This document shows positions 39,193-52,234 of a DNA stretch of 64,000 bases, in pieces. How positions within the stretch are numbered: position 1 is the first letter of the stretch; each line of letters begins with the position of its first letter. The stretch spans positions 806,001 through 870,000 of the forward strand of contig OX597842.1 in assembly GCA_951406725.2 (NCBI GenBank). Direction: 5' to 3'. The position numbers and the translations under genes were made by a program. Under the pieces are notes generated by a model. That model was given only the letters and a program-made list of their open reading frames with translations, searched no databases and was not told where the DNA came from. This stretch comes from Octopus vulgaris (Eukaryota).

Positions 39193-39779
39193 TTGTGTGT
39201 CTGTGTTTGCCCACCTATCCCAAACATTGCTTGACAACCGATGCTGGTGTGTTTACGTCCCCATAACTTAGTGATTCGGCAAACGAGACCGATAGAATAA
39301 GTACTAGGCTTCCAAAGAATAAGTCCCGGAGTCGATTTGCTCGACTAAAGGTGGTGCTCCAGCATGGCCACAGTCAAATGGCTGAAACAAGTAAAACATG
39401 ACTGAAACAAGTGAAAGAGTAAAGAGTAACTATACAGTTTGGCAAAAGAGACCGATAGAATAAGTACTAGGCTTACAAAGAATAAGTCCCGGGGTCAATT
39501 TGCTTGACTAAAGGCTGTGCTCCAGCATGGCCACAGTCAAATGGCTGAAACAAGTAAAACACAGACACACAAACATATACACACATATACACACACATAC
39601 ATATATACATATATACGACCGGCTTCTTTCAGTTTCCGTCTACCAAATCCACTCACAAGGCTCTGGTCGGCCCGAGGCTATAGTAGAAGACACTTGCCCA
39701 AGGTGCCATGCAGTGGGACTGAACCTGGAACCATGTGGTTGGTTAGCAAGCTACTTACTACACAGCCACTCCTGCGCCT
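39021..39779. mobile_element. SINE A cluster: + copy, duplicated tail, then inverted head half
   Basis: 39021-39430(+), 39437-39558(+ tail), 39559-39779(-). Confidence 0.8.
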
Positions 39780-39788
39780 TTATTTATA

Positions 39789-39839
<51 letters not shown>

Positions 39840-40279
39840 CTCCAAACATGTAAACACAAAAAAACACAACAACGCGAGGATGTGGAACAAATATAGTATT
39901 ATTGGACACTCAGGAAGGAAGGAAGGAAAGAAGGAGGGTTTAACGTTTCGAGCAGGGCTCTTTGTCGGAAACATAGGAGAAGGAAAAACGGAGGAAAAAA
40001 AATTGTAAAAGAGTATATTGGTAAGGAAACACAGCTTGAAATGGAGGACCCACCAAAAATAATGGAGAACGGAGATTTTTGGTGTGACAGAGTAAAAGAC
40101 ATTTTTGGATGTGATTGCTTACATGAAAAATATGGTTTCCTTTCAAAATATAGAAAATTAACTTCTAGCAGACTCCAAGGAACTGCCGATAAGGAATATA
40201 ACTGCCATTCATTGATTAAAGAATTTCTATCAAATTTAGACTATACAGATTTTCTTCCACTTTGTCCTCTTTCTCCAAA

Positions 40280-41205
40280 TCTCCTCCTCCTTCTTCTTCT
40301 TCTTTCTCCAATTCTTCCTTTTTCTCCAAATTGTCTTCTTCCAATTTTCCACTTCTTTCTCCATTTCTTCTTCTTTCCCTAGTTATTTCTTCTTCCATTT
40401 CTTCTTTCTCTAGTTCTTTCTTCTTCTTCTTCCATTTCTTCTTTTTCTTTCTCTAGTTCTTTCTTCTTCTTCTTCATCTTCTTCTTCTTCTTCCATTTCT
40501 TCTCTTTCTTTCTCTAGTTCTTCTTCTTCTTCTTCTTCTTCCATTTCTTCTCTTTCTTTCTCTAGTTCTTCTTCTTCTTCTTCTTCTTCCATTTCTTCTC
40601 TTTCTTTCTCTAGTTCTTCTTCTTCTTTTTCTTCTTCTTCCATTTCTTCTCTTTCTTTCTCTATTTCTTCTTCCTCCTCCTCCTCCATTTTTTTCTTTCT
40701 TCCTCTAGTTCGTTCTTCTTCTTTCCTTAGTTCTTTCTTCTTTTTCTTCTTCTTCCTCTTCTTTTTCTTCTCCTTCTCTCTCTAGTTCTTCTTCTTCTTC
40801 TTCCTCTTCCTCCTCTTCTTTTTCTTCTCCTTCTCTCTCTAGTTCTTCTCCTCTTCCTCCTCTTCTTTTTCTTCTCCTTCTCTCTCTAGTTCTTCTCCTC
40901 TTCCTCCTCTTCTTTTTCTTCTCCTTCTCTCTCTAGTTCTTCTCCTCATCTTCCTCTTCTTTTTCTTCTCCTTCTCTCTCTAGTTCTTCTTCTTCCTCTT
41001 CCTCCTCTTCTTTTTCTTCTCCTTCTCTCTCTAGTTCTTCTCCTCATCTTCCTCTTCTTTTTCTTCTCCTTCTCTCTCTAGTTCTTCTTCTTCCTCTTCC
41101 TCTTCCTCCTCTTCTTTTTCTTCTCCTTCTCTCTCTAGTTCTTCTCCTCATCTTCCTCTTCTTTTTCTTCTCCTTCTCTCTCTAGTTCTTTTTCTTCTTC
41201 CACTT
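40280..41205. repeat. Pyrimidine-rich (TTC/CTC) minisatellite with 'ctctagtt' anchors
   Basis: About 40-50 bp units, E/K/R-rich on the minus strand. Confidence 0.88.
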
Positions 41206-41549
41206 CATCACTGAGTGGATCGAATGCAAATTCCAAACCAAGGGCATCAGTCACCACATTCTGGAAAACCCCAACCCTTCATAAAAGAATGAAAACCACT
41301 CAACCATGGTCATGTTAGGCGCAGAAACTCCCACCAAAAAATTAAGGATCTACCAAATTTAACAGGGAACAGAGATTCCTCGCATAGCAGAGGAAAACCC
41401 ATCACAGTTACAACAACATAAAGAAAACGTAGAGTCAGAGGATTGGACAAAATGGGAAATTTCTGATTTTTCTGCCATGTTTTTCTCTTTCTCTTTGAAA
41501 TCCTTACATTATAATTATTGCATCATCGTTTGCATTGACACAATATAAT

Positions 41550-41900
41550 TAGGATGTGTGGTAGGTAGCTTGTTTACCAACCACATGGGCAAGTGTCTTC
41601 TACTATAGCCTCGGGCTGATCAAAGCCTTGTGAGTGGATTTGGTAGACGGAAACTGAAAGAAGCCCGTCGTATATATGTATATATATATATGCATGTATG
41701 TGTTTGTTCTCCTAGCATTGCTTGACAACCAATGCTGGTGTGCTTATGTCCCCGTTACTTAGCGGTTCGGCAAAAGAGACCGATAGAATAAGTACTGGGC
41801 TTACAAAAGAATAAGTCCCGGGGTCGAGTTGCTCGAATAAAGGCGGTGCTCCAGCATGGCCGCAGTCAAATGACTGAAACAAGTAAAAGAATAAAAGAAT
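41550..41900 (+). mobile_element. SINE A
   Basis: Head (partly deleted), body and tail. Confidence 0.85.
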
Positions 41901-41979
41901 AAAAAAAAAGAATAGATGTTGTTATAAAATTACTATTTTTAATTCTCACAACGTGAGATATTCAGCAACAGTACTTTGG

Positions 41980-42357
41980 AGTAAAGATTGTTTGCCAACA
42001 TAACATGGCAGTCCTGGTTTAGGATGAATGTTGCTGTAGTTTAGCCCCAGGAGACATCATCTCCAGCTGGCTATACAACACAATCTGTGTCCTTATAATT
42101 TCGAACAAAGGAATCTAGCACCCCCACTCAGCTCAAAACAATATCTGTGTGTCGTGATTTCTGAGTTATTTCTCTATTGCGATACACAGATATTGTTTTG
42201 AGCAAGAGTGGAGGGGTTCTAGATTCCCTTGTTCGAAATTATAATGACACAGATCGTGTTGTATAGCCAGCTGGAGATGATGTCTCCTGGGGCTAAACTA
42301 CAGCAACATTCATCCTAACCCAGGACTGCCATGTTATGTTGGCAAACAATATTTACT
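41980..42357. repeat. Long foldback inverted repeat (~175-bp arms, ~25-bp spacer)
   Basis: agtaaagattgtttgccaacataacatggcagtcc... is mirrored by ...ggactgccatgttatgttggcaaacaatatttact. Confidence 0.92.
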
Positions 42358-42675
42358 ATATAGTTGTTGTTCTTGTTGATGTTGAAGCTGAGAGAGTCCG
42401 AAACATAGTCAAGTGGCAGGTCCTCTTTTCTCAAGAAATATTTCCTGAACATTGATCCAATTGTAATTGAGACTATTAATAAAATATCTGAATAATTTTC
42501 AGTGTTTAACAATCAATATTCTTTTCTCTGTTGGTTTCCAAATCAATTTTTTTCCCACGTTAATGTCTAATTTGATAATTTTCAATTTTCAAAAAACTGC
42601 CAAAAATGGGGTAAAACGAGCCATGACTAATTTCAATAATTTCTTCTCTTTAACTGCATGGTGCATAAATATATT

Positions 42676-43166
42676 CTTTTATTCTTTTACTTGTTTCAGT
42701 CATTTAACTGCGGCCATGCTGGAGCACCGCCTTGACCCCAGGACATATTTTGCCCTACCCCATATATATACTCTTTACTCTTTTACTTGTTTCAGTCATA
42801 CGACTGTGACCATGCTGGAGCACCGCCTTTAGTCAAAGAAATCGACCCCCAGGACTTATTCTTTGTAAGCCAAGTACTTATTCTATCGGCCCCTTTTGCC
42901 AAACCGCTAAGTTACAGGGACGTAAACATACCAGCATCAGTTGTCAAGCGATGTTGGGAGGACAAACACAGACACACAAACATATATACACATATATACA
43001 TATATACGACGAGCTTCTTTCAGCTTCCGTCTACCAAATCCACTCACAAGGCTTTGGTCGGCCCAAGGCTATAGTAGAAGACACTTGCCCAAGGTGACAC
43101 ACAGCGGGACTGAACCCGGAACCATGTGGTTGGTAAGCAAGCTACTTACCACACAGCCACTCCTGC

Positions 43167-43170
<4 letters not shown>
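42676..43170 (-). mobile_element. SINE A plus extra tail fragment
   Basis: Full copy at about 42770-43170, tail at 42676-42745. Confidence 0.85.
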
Positions 43171-43213
<43 letters not shown>

Positions 43214-43221
<8 letters not shown>

Positions 43222-43730
43222 ATGAATTATATGGTTATTGACGATGTCTGTTTTCGGCATATATGGCATTAGAAATTTTTTTATTTTGCCCTTGTTTATA
43301 AGTTGTTTATAAATTTAACATTTAAAGGTATTTTTTAATATGCTGGCCATTGATAGAATTTTTTTTGTTCACTTCCGGACTCTCTCACTTTACGAGAGCT
43401 TTCCGGTTCGAATCGCACGCGTCTCGAGGTGTGCTGGAGAATTTCTATTTTGGATATATTTGGGGTACTTAGTTGTGCTCATGACTTACTGTTTGCTTCT
43501 TCCATGGGTATAAGTAAGTATTTCATTTATCACTAACGAAGAGAAGGTTCTTATGAATTAACTCTGAAATCGGGACCGATGCGATAATAACGAAATTTTT
43601 TAGTAATTTCTGTCAGCTTTCTTCGAGATGCGTGCTTATAGTGATGACTTATATGGTTATGGACGATGTGTCTATTTTCGGCATATTTGGCATTAGAAAT
43701 GTTTTTCTTTTGCCCTTGTTTATAAGTTGT
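43214..43730 (+). mobile_element. ~520-bp element with ~92-bp terminal direct repeats and degenerate hammerhead
   Basis: 43214-43305 repeats at 43636-43730. Motif tcacta-acGAAGA-gaag...cttc-GAgA-tgcgtgct-TA-tagtga. (TA)n on both sides. Confidence 0.6.
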
Positions 43731-43961
43731 GTGTATATATATATATATATATATATACACAAAATAAGGAAATGGAGAAATACATCTTAATCAATAATCA
43801 ACTACCAGATAATACCCAATCACATAATTTATTAAACCACTACATATGAACATTAAGGTCAAACATAATAATATAGAACAAAACAATGTACATGAAAGAG
43901 TAATATGATACAATAAGTACAGTATGTATAAGTGAATATAAATAAATACAAATATAAACTA

Positions 43962-44088
43962 CATCTTACAGCTGTTTCAGCCATGCAGATATGGGTGCCT
44001 CATTATGCTCATATTAGCCATGTGTGATAGGTCAATATTATAAATGAGACACTTACAAAAATATCCCAAGGCCTCTTCAGAGATTATG
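43962..44088 (-). ncRNA. Type I hammerhead ribozyme with long loop II
   Basis: Reverse strand: atct-CTGAAGA-ggcc...ggct-GAAA-cagctg-TA-agat, with palindromic stem III ACAGCTGT. Confidence 0.78.
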
Positions 44089-44757
44089 AAGAACAAACTA
44101 AATTAAACATGAAAATCAGAGGAGGTACAACCATATAAAGGTGGGTACATACCCATAATATATAATATACACATACATATGAGTGCATATACCCATACTC
44201 CTATACATATATATATACATATACATAATAATAATATACAGCAATATACATACATATGTTCTATAATCAAGGTTACAGTTGGTCAAAACAATATATTAGA
44301 ATATTACAATATAGAAACATACACATATCTATATTCAAATGCAGATATACAAAGTCAAGAGTTCATTATATTAAGTTACAAAATGCCATTAATATTACCA
44401 TCATTACTATTACCAATGCCACTATTGCTAATAATATCATTATTATTATTATTATTATTAATAGCATTAATACCAGCAAAACAATATATGCATCACGCGG
44501 TTAGCAACATAGTAGCAAAAACAACAACCACAACAACAATAATATAGTACCATGCAAAGCATTATAGATCGGCTTCCTTATTTTGTATTATTAATTTGTG
44601 GTAAAACATTTTACCTTTCCCCACCTAATACAGTAAATGAATTAATTGCATCGCAATTCTTAACATTTATGTATTAACTTTGTTGGGTACTTCACTAGCA
44701 GTATATTGGATATTTGTTATCCCATGGAGGGTTGCACTCACAACCCCTATCTCAATT

Positions 44758-44799
<42 letters not shown>

Positions 44800-44800
<1 letters not shown>

Positions 44801-45062
44801 TTATATTCTTTTATTTGTTTCAGTCATTTGACTGCAACCATGCTGGAGCACTGCATTTAGTTGAACAAATCGGTCCTAGGATTTATTCTTTGTAAGCCTA
44901 GTACTTATTCTATCAATCCCTTACTGAACTTCTAAGTTATGGGGACGTGAACACACCAACATCGGTTGTCAAGCGATGGTGGTGGTGGGGGACAAACACA
45001 GACACACAAACATACAACACACACACACACATATATCATATATGATGGGCTTCTTTCAGTTC
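44800..45062 (-). mobile_element. SINE A 3' part
   Basis: Tail and body. Confidence 0.8.
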
Positions 45063-45599
45063 CTTGAATTAGGTTTCTTCTCAAAGAAAAAAAGAACATA
45101 AATAAATAAATAAATAAATAAAAACGAATTACCTTATTTGTAAAAGTTCTTGGGTGTGGGTTTGAACCCGCTAAGCAAATTTTGTTCCTGAACCAGTGCA
45201 TGAGAGGGAGAGAGATAGAAGTGGGGAAGGTCTGTTATTCAGCATTTGTGTGTTCAAATCCCAGGTACAATTAAAATATTTGGCATAATGAAACAATATC
45301 CTGAAGATTTATAAATTCATATATAGGTTCAGGTGTGGCTGTGCAGTAAGAAGTTTACTTCCCAATCATATGTTTCCAAGTTCATTTCCACTGTATGGCA
45401 CCTTGGGTGGGTGTCTGCTATTATAGCTCTGGGCTAACTAAAACCATGTGAGTGGATTTAACGGACAGAAACTGAAAGGAACCTCAGTTTTGATTCGTTC
45501 TCAGTCGAAAGACACCTGTTGTTATTTTCTTGTAATTTGTAATTTATTTGTAATTTTGTACCATGTTCTCCATGTTTTGTCTTTGATGCTGTACATATA

Positions 45600-45976
45600 T
45601 GCTAGCTGTTGGAATGTCCCAGCGAAAACTTCAATAAGCTGTAAGCATAACAGACCTGATGAAATGATTTGGGACAGAGAAGAGAAACTGTGTACAGTCA
45701 CGGAAATTAATTGCTCAGCAGATGTTAGCATAAGGCTTAAAGATCAGCAAAAAGGAAAATACGTATGTTGAACAATTGAGAAATCTGCAGTTACTCTGTC
45801 CAGATTACAAGTTCAGCTTTATACATGTGATTATTAGGGCTCTGGGATATGTAACACACTGCCTAAATACCAATCTTGAGAAATTAGGTTTCTCAAAACC
45901 AGAAAGGAGAAAGCTGATTCAAAGACTACAGATCCAAGCCATCAGTGGAACTGTAAAAATCTGTAAAACTTTCTAG
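45600..45976 (+). pseudogene. Restriction-like endonuclease C-terminus of an R4/Dong-like LINE
   Basis: WNVPAKTSISCKHNRPDEMIWDREEKLCTVTEINCSAD (RPD..E motif), a frameshift, then LRNLQLLCPDYKFSFIHVIIRALG..QAISGTVKICKTF*. Confidence 0.75.
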
Positions 45977-46317
45977 AAATTTATCATTTAAATATATATG
46001 AGCATGTCTAGATATGCAACTATATGCATGAGAAGACATACATAAAACATACATACAAATCTGCACATATACATACATACAAAAATACCCAGTTGTTGAT
46101 ATTGAAATTCCAATGAAGGAATCTTGGATCAATAGGAAAAAAAATCTTGAAATAAAACTGGATAATGACATACAGAGATTCAAGAGATCACTGGAACTGT
46201 GAAAATCTGTAAAACTTTCCAGGAGTTTATCATTTAAATACATATGAGCATGTCTAGATATGCAACTATATGCACGAGAATACATACATAAAACATACAT
46301 ACAAATCTGCACACACA

Positions 46318-46363
<46 letters not shown>

Positions 46364-47060
46364 TACATACATACATACATACATACATACGTACGTAACA
46401 TGCTACCTAAATACCAATCTTGAGAAATTAGGCTTCTCAAAACCAGAAAGGAGAAAGCTAATTTGATGACTACAGATCCAGTCGATCACTGGAACTGTAA
46501 AAATCTGTAAAACTTTTCAGACGTTTATCATTTAAGTATATATGAGCATGTCTAGATATGCAACTATATGCATGAGAATACATGCATAAAGCAAAATATA
46601 CAAATCTGCACATGGACTAACTCTAAATACTGCACATATATACACACATAAATGTAAAAATACCCCATTGGTGTTGTTGAAATTCCAATGAAGGAGCCTT
46701 GGATCTAGGTTAGAAACCAGCTCTTTCTCTAATGTCAAAAAACCTTGAAATAAAACTGAATGATGACAGAGATTCAAGCCATCACTGGAACTGTAAAAAT
46801 CTGTAAAACTTTTTATTTGTAAAATTTGTAAAATTTGTAAAATCATTTATGTATATATATATGCACATGTCTAGATATGCAACTATATGCATGAGAATAC
46901 ATACAAATCTGCATATGCATATATACATACATACATGCAAAACTACCCCGTTGGTGTCATTGAAATTTCCAATGAAGGAGCCTTAGATATAGGTTAGAAA
47001 CCGGGTCTTTCTCTATTTGAAAGAAACGTTGAAATAAAACTGAATAATGACATACATATA
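45920..47060 (+). repeat. Tandem reiteration (about 4 units) of the RLE-LINE ORF end and 3' UTR
   Basis: 'atcactggaactgtaaaaatctgtaaaact' at about 45940, 46187, 46486 and 46781. Confidence 0.8.
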
Positions 47061-47248
47061 CACATATATATTTTTTATTGTGATTGACTGAGAAGTTACA
47101 AAAATGACCCAAGTGAGACAACTGTCATTCACGAAACTCTTGAGCTTTGAGTCACTCTGTACAGTCCGATGATTAATAAAGATTATTCTAATGCTTCGAA
47201 TCCTGTTTTTCTGTTTGCATCACTACATATATATATATACATACATAC

Positions 47249-47316
<68 letters not shown>

Positions 47317-47317
47317 G

Positions 47318-47378
<61 letters not shown>

Positions 47379-47449
47379 CTGCGTGTGTGTATGTATGTTT
47401 GTATGTGCATGTATGTGTATGTATTAATATAGATAGTAAATTATATATG

Positions 47450-47487
<38 letters not shown>

Positions 47488-47771
47488 CATACATATATAT
47501 ATATATATATGATATAGTCCAACCCATCCCAGTATGGAAAATAGATGTTAAATAATGACGACGATGATATATGTAAACACACACACACACACATATATAC
47601 ATATATATACACACACACACACACACACATATATACATATATATACACACACACACACACAAATATATACATAAATATGTATACACACACACATACATAT
47701 ATATAAAACAATCAATGTTTATGTTTACAAGTTATCCATATTAGGGTTATATTTGTTCCACTTGAGGCAAG

Positions 47772-47822
<51 letters not shown>

Positions 47823-47989
47823 GTTGATGTTGTTGTTGCTGTTGTTGTCATCTCTGAATATGAATAAATAAGGTCCATAAAAGTTATTTTTATGTTCCGC
47901 AGCAGGTGGGGGGTTCTTAGCCCTAAGATGTCGGAATTGAATCACACAGTCAAGGGGGTATGAGATTCTGTAACTATAGCAACGGAGAA

Positions 47990-48690
47990 AGTGAATAGGA
48001 AGTGTGAGAAGGGAGGAGGATGTGAGTGAGGAAGGGGAGGAACGGAGAGTAAGAAGCAGAGAGGTTTAGATGGAGGTAGAGAGAGAGAGAGAGGGGGTAG
48101 TCAAAGAAAGAAGAGGTGGCAGTTGGAAAGGTGAGGCAGATGGTGATGGTCATGGGTTTGGAGTGGGAGAGAGAAAGTGTAAAAGAGTGAGGAAGAGAGA
48201 GAGAGAGGAGTTGGAGAATGAGAGAGAAGGAGAGTGAGTGAGGGAGAGGAGGAGAGAGGAGAGTAGTGAGAGAGAAATAAGTGGGTGAGAGAAGGGAGAA
48301 GAAAGAGAGAGAAAGAGAGAGAGGGAGGAGACTGAGGGAGGGAAGAGGAGAGGATAGAGAGATGGAAAGTAAGAAAGAGAGAGGGAGAGAAGAAGAGTGA
48401 GTGAGGGATGGGAAGAGAGTGGAGAAGAGTGAGAGAAATAAATGGGTGAGAGAAGGAAGAAGAAAGAGAAAGAAAGAGAGAGAGGGGGAGAATGAGACAG
48501 GGTGGAAGAAGAGGAAAGAGGAGGGGATAGGGAGATAGAAAGTAAGAGAGAGAGAGGAAAGAGAGCAGAGAGAGAGATGATTAGTGAGTGAGAGAGGAAG
48601 AGAGAAAAGACGAGGGAGAGTGAGAAGAAGAATGAGAGAAGAAGGGGATATTGAGAGAAATAGAGAGGTAAAAGAGAGAGAAAACTTATA
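47990..48690. repeat. Purine-rich (GA)n low-complexity tract
   Basis: Direct inspection. Confidence 0.85.
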
Positions 48691-48697
48691 GATATTA

Positions 48698-49113
48698 GGC
48701 ACAGGAGTGGCTGTGTGGTAAGTAGCTTCTTTACCAACCACATGGTTCCGGGTTCAGTCCCACTGCGTGGCATCTTGGGCAAGTGTCTTCTGCTATAGCC
48801 CTGGGCCAACCAATGCCTTGTGAGTGGATTTGGTAGACGGAAACTGAAAGAAGCCTGTCGTATATATGTATATATATATATGTATGCGTGTGTGTTTGTG
48901 TGTCTGTGTTTGTCCCCCTAACATTGCTTGACAACCGATGCTGGTGTGTTTATGTCCCCGTAATTTAGCGGTTCGGCAAAAAGAGACCTATAGAATAAGT
49001 ACTGGGCTTACAAAGAATAAGTCCCGGGGTCGATTTGCTCGACTAAAGGCGGTGCTCCAGCATGGCTGCAGTCAAATGACTGAAACAAGTAAAAGAGTAA
49101 AAGAGTAAAGAGT
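48698..49113 (+). mobile_element. SINE A
   Basis: Complete copy. Confidence 0.92.
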
Positions 49114-49474
49114 AAATTTGATGCATTTTTATAGGTTACATGGTTAAGAAATTTGCTTCTTAACCTCATGGTACCCAGTTCAGTCCCACTGCATGGTACC
49201 GAAATGGTTCAGGAACTTAAATCTGAAGAGTTAGTTTCTAATGAAACCCTTCTCACAGCTTTTTACTTTGCTTGTTTTTACAGTTTTTTAGAGTTTTTTT
49301 CTCACAATCAGTGTTTCTATAATTCTTTTCAACCTTTTAGCATTTAAACTGACCAGATCTGGTCTAAACATTCTACCTGTTTTAGGTTCAAACTGGACAG
49401 ATCTGGTCCCTCTCATCTACCCTAAAAATAAAAAGACACATCACTGAAATCACAAAGTTATGAGATTGATTCAA

Positions 49475-50097
49475 AATCATCATCATCATCATCATCAACA
49501 TCATTTAATGTTCGCTTTCCATGCTGGCATGGGTTGGATGATTTGACTGAGGTATGGCGAACCAGATGGCTCACCCAGGCTCCAATCTTGATCTGGCAGA
49601 GTTTCTACAGCTGGATGCCCTTCCTAACGCCAACCATTCCAAGAGTGTAGTGGGTGCTTTTATGACACCAGCACGAGGGCCAGTCAGGCAGTACTGGCAA
49701 CAGCCACACTCAAATGGTGCTTATAATGTGCCACCTGCACAGGAGCCAGTCCAGCAGCACTGGCAACGACCTCGCTCGAATGTTTTTTCACATGCCACCA
49801 GCACAAGTGCCAGTAAGGCAATGCAGGTAACAATCATGCTCAAATGGTGCTTTTTACATGCCACTGGCACAGAAGGCGCAAACAGCTGCTTTGGCAATGA
49901 TCACGCTCAGATGGTGCTCTTAGTGCTCTACTAGCACAGACACCAGTTATCGAATTTTGATTTTGATTTCACTTGCCTCAACAGATCTTCGCAAGCAGAG
50001 TTCAGCGACCAATGAAGGAAAGGTACGCATAAGTGGGCTGGTTACACCCCTGGCATAGGCCACGAGGTTATGGTCTCACTTGGATTGCTGGGTCTTA
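49475..50097 (-). mobile_element. RTE-like LINE 3' end with repeated 3' UTR units
   Basis: (CAT)n tail and 'ggtgcttttta.atgccacc' reiterations. The distal part matches 60850-61010. Confidence 0.7.
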
Positions 50098-51029
50098 ATG
50101 TGAATAAATAAGCATTGCATTTGATGGAACAATTTGAAAGCTAAAGGGTTACAGGACACCTTGTTGTGTGTTGTGTTCTTGAGCAAGACACTTTATTTCA
50201 CATTGCTCCCATTCATTCAGCTGTAGAAATGGATTGCGACACAATGGTGCCAAGCTGTATCGGCCCCTTTGCCTTTCCCTTGGATAACATCGGTGAAGTG
50301 GAGAGGGGAAGCTGGTATGCATGGGCGACTGCTGGTCTTCCATAAACAACCTTGCTCGGACTTGTGCCTGGGAGGGTAACTTTCTAGGTGCAATCCCATT
50401 GTCAATCATGACCAAAGGGGGTCTCAGCAACTAACAACTTAAAGGAGTGAGTATCGATTTTCTTCACTACTTCAGGGAGTGACGACCCTGCCTGACATGA
50501 ATCTCAGGCTCAGCTGGCTCCAGCTGACAGTACTTGGTATGGGCCCCTATCCAGGGTTACAGAAAGGAGACAACCTTCAAAGAAATCTGGAGTGGAGCTC
50601 CGTAGGTGGTTTAGTGTTCGACTCGACACTCTTCCGGCAGCTCCTGCAACCAAACTGGTGCCAAACCTATTGCTCTGCTCTCCTTTGGACTACATCAGCA
50701 AGGTCAAGAGAGGAATCCTGATGATTGGGCTACCCAGGATTTTCTTACATCTAGTGCAGGCCTGTGCAAATCTGCAGAGGAAATTGGAGAGAACACTTCT
50801 GTAAAACCAGCCAGGCAAAGTCTTCACTACATCAGCATCACCTGCCAGAGGGAGTGTTTGTCCAGGATAGGACTACACAGCCATAGCAAGAGATGTATTC
50901 GGACATGAAATGTAAAAACCAGACTGGATTAGTTTATGCACAACTCCATTGTCTCCCGAGAAAAAAGGATGCCTACAACAACATGTTTATTTGCAAAAAA
51001 AAATGACCATCCCGAAATAAAACAATATA

Positions 51030-51335
51030 TAGGCTAAGTGGTTAGGGTATTTGGTTCCCAACTGTAAGGTCATGAGTTCAATTCATGGCAGTGCATTGTG
51101 TCCTTGAGCAAGATACTCTTTTATATGTTGCTCCAGTTCACTCAGCTGGCAAAAATGAGTAGTACCTGTATTTCAAAGGGCCAGAGGGAGTGTTTGTCCA
51201 GGATGGGACCACACAGCCACAGCAGGAAATGTATTAGGACATGAAATGTAAAAACCGGACTGGATTATTTTATGCGAAACTCCATTGTCTCCCAAGACAA
51301 AAGGATGCCAACAACAACAACAACAACAACTAACA
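51030..51335 (+). mobile_element. tRNA-headed SINE (further family). Its 3' half is also at 50843-50985.
   Basis: ggctaagtggttagg...gagttcaattc...gtgtccttgagcaagatact...(CAA)n tail. Confidence 0.65.
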
Positions 51336-51632
51336 ACTTGTGCCATTTTCTGAAATGTCTTTTCATATTCCATTTTTGTTTACCATTTTGTTTATCATCT
51401 CCATCCTCTATATTTCTCTCATTTATTCCCAGCAGCATTTTGCTGTTGGCACCATCAAAATGAACAATCTTATCATTAGAGGTATGAAATTGTGATGATT
51501 TCTGAACGATAATTGATGAGGGAAGGACACGTCAGATGTAGCCAATATGGACGAAGTAGAGTAATTGCTCTCTATTGTTGGAGGTGAGTAAACACATCTG
51601 GTTTGCAGTTGGTGTGAAAAAGATGATGATAT

Positions 51633-52062
51633 AGGCGCAGGAGTGGCTGTGTGGTAAGTAGCTTGCTAACCAACCACATGGTTCCGGGTTCAGTCCCACT
51701 GCGTGGCATCTTGGGCAAGTGTCTTCTGCTATAGCCCCGGGCCGACCAATGCCTTGTGAGTGGATTTGGTAGATGGAAACTGAAAGAAGCCTGTCGTATA
51801 TATATATGTATATATATATATATATGTATGCGTGTGTATGTGTTTGTGTGTCTGTCTTTGTGTCCCCCACCCAACATCGCTTGACAACTGATGCTGGTGT
51901 GTTTACGTCCCCGTCACTTAGCGGTTCGGCAAAAGAGATCGATAGAAAAAGTACTGCGCTTACAAAGAATAAATCCCGGGGTCGATTTGCTCAACTAAAA
52001 GGTGGTGCTCCAGCATGGCCGCAGTCAAATGACTGAAACAAGTAAAAGAGTAAGAGTAAAGA
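51633..52062 (+). mobile_element. SINE A
   Basis: Complete copy. Confidence 0.92.
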
Positions 52063-52234
52063 GTATATGAAATGAGGAGACTGAGTTAAGAGTTATGTTC
52101 CTTAGAACTAAGATGTCGCCACTGGGGTGGTCAGGGTGCAAGTCAGTAAGAATTTTCTGGAAAAGTTTGTGGGAAATGTTTGTGTCCTTAAGATTAGTGT
52201 TCTGGTGGAAATGGAATTTGTGTAATGGTACTAT

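Noticed and set aside
47075-47160. Hammerhead-like gaaactcttgag
   Set aside because: No intact CTGANGA core upstream, too degenerate to call
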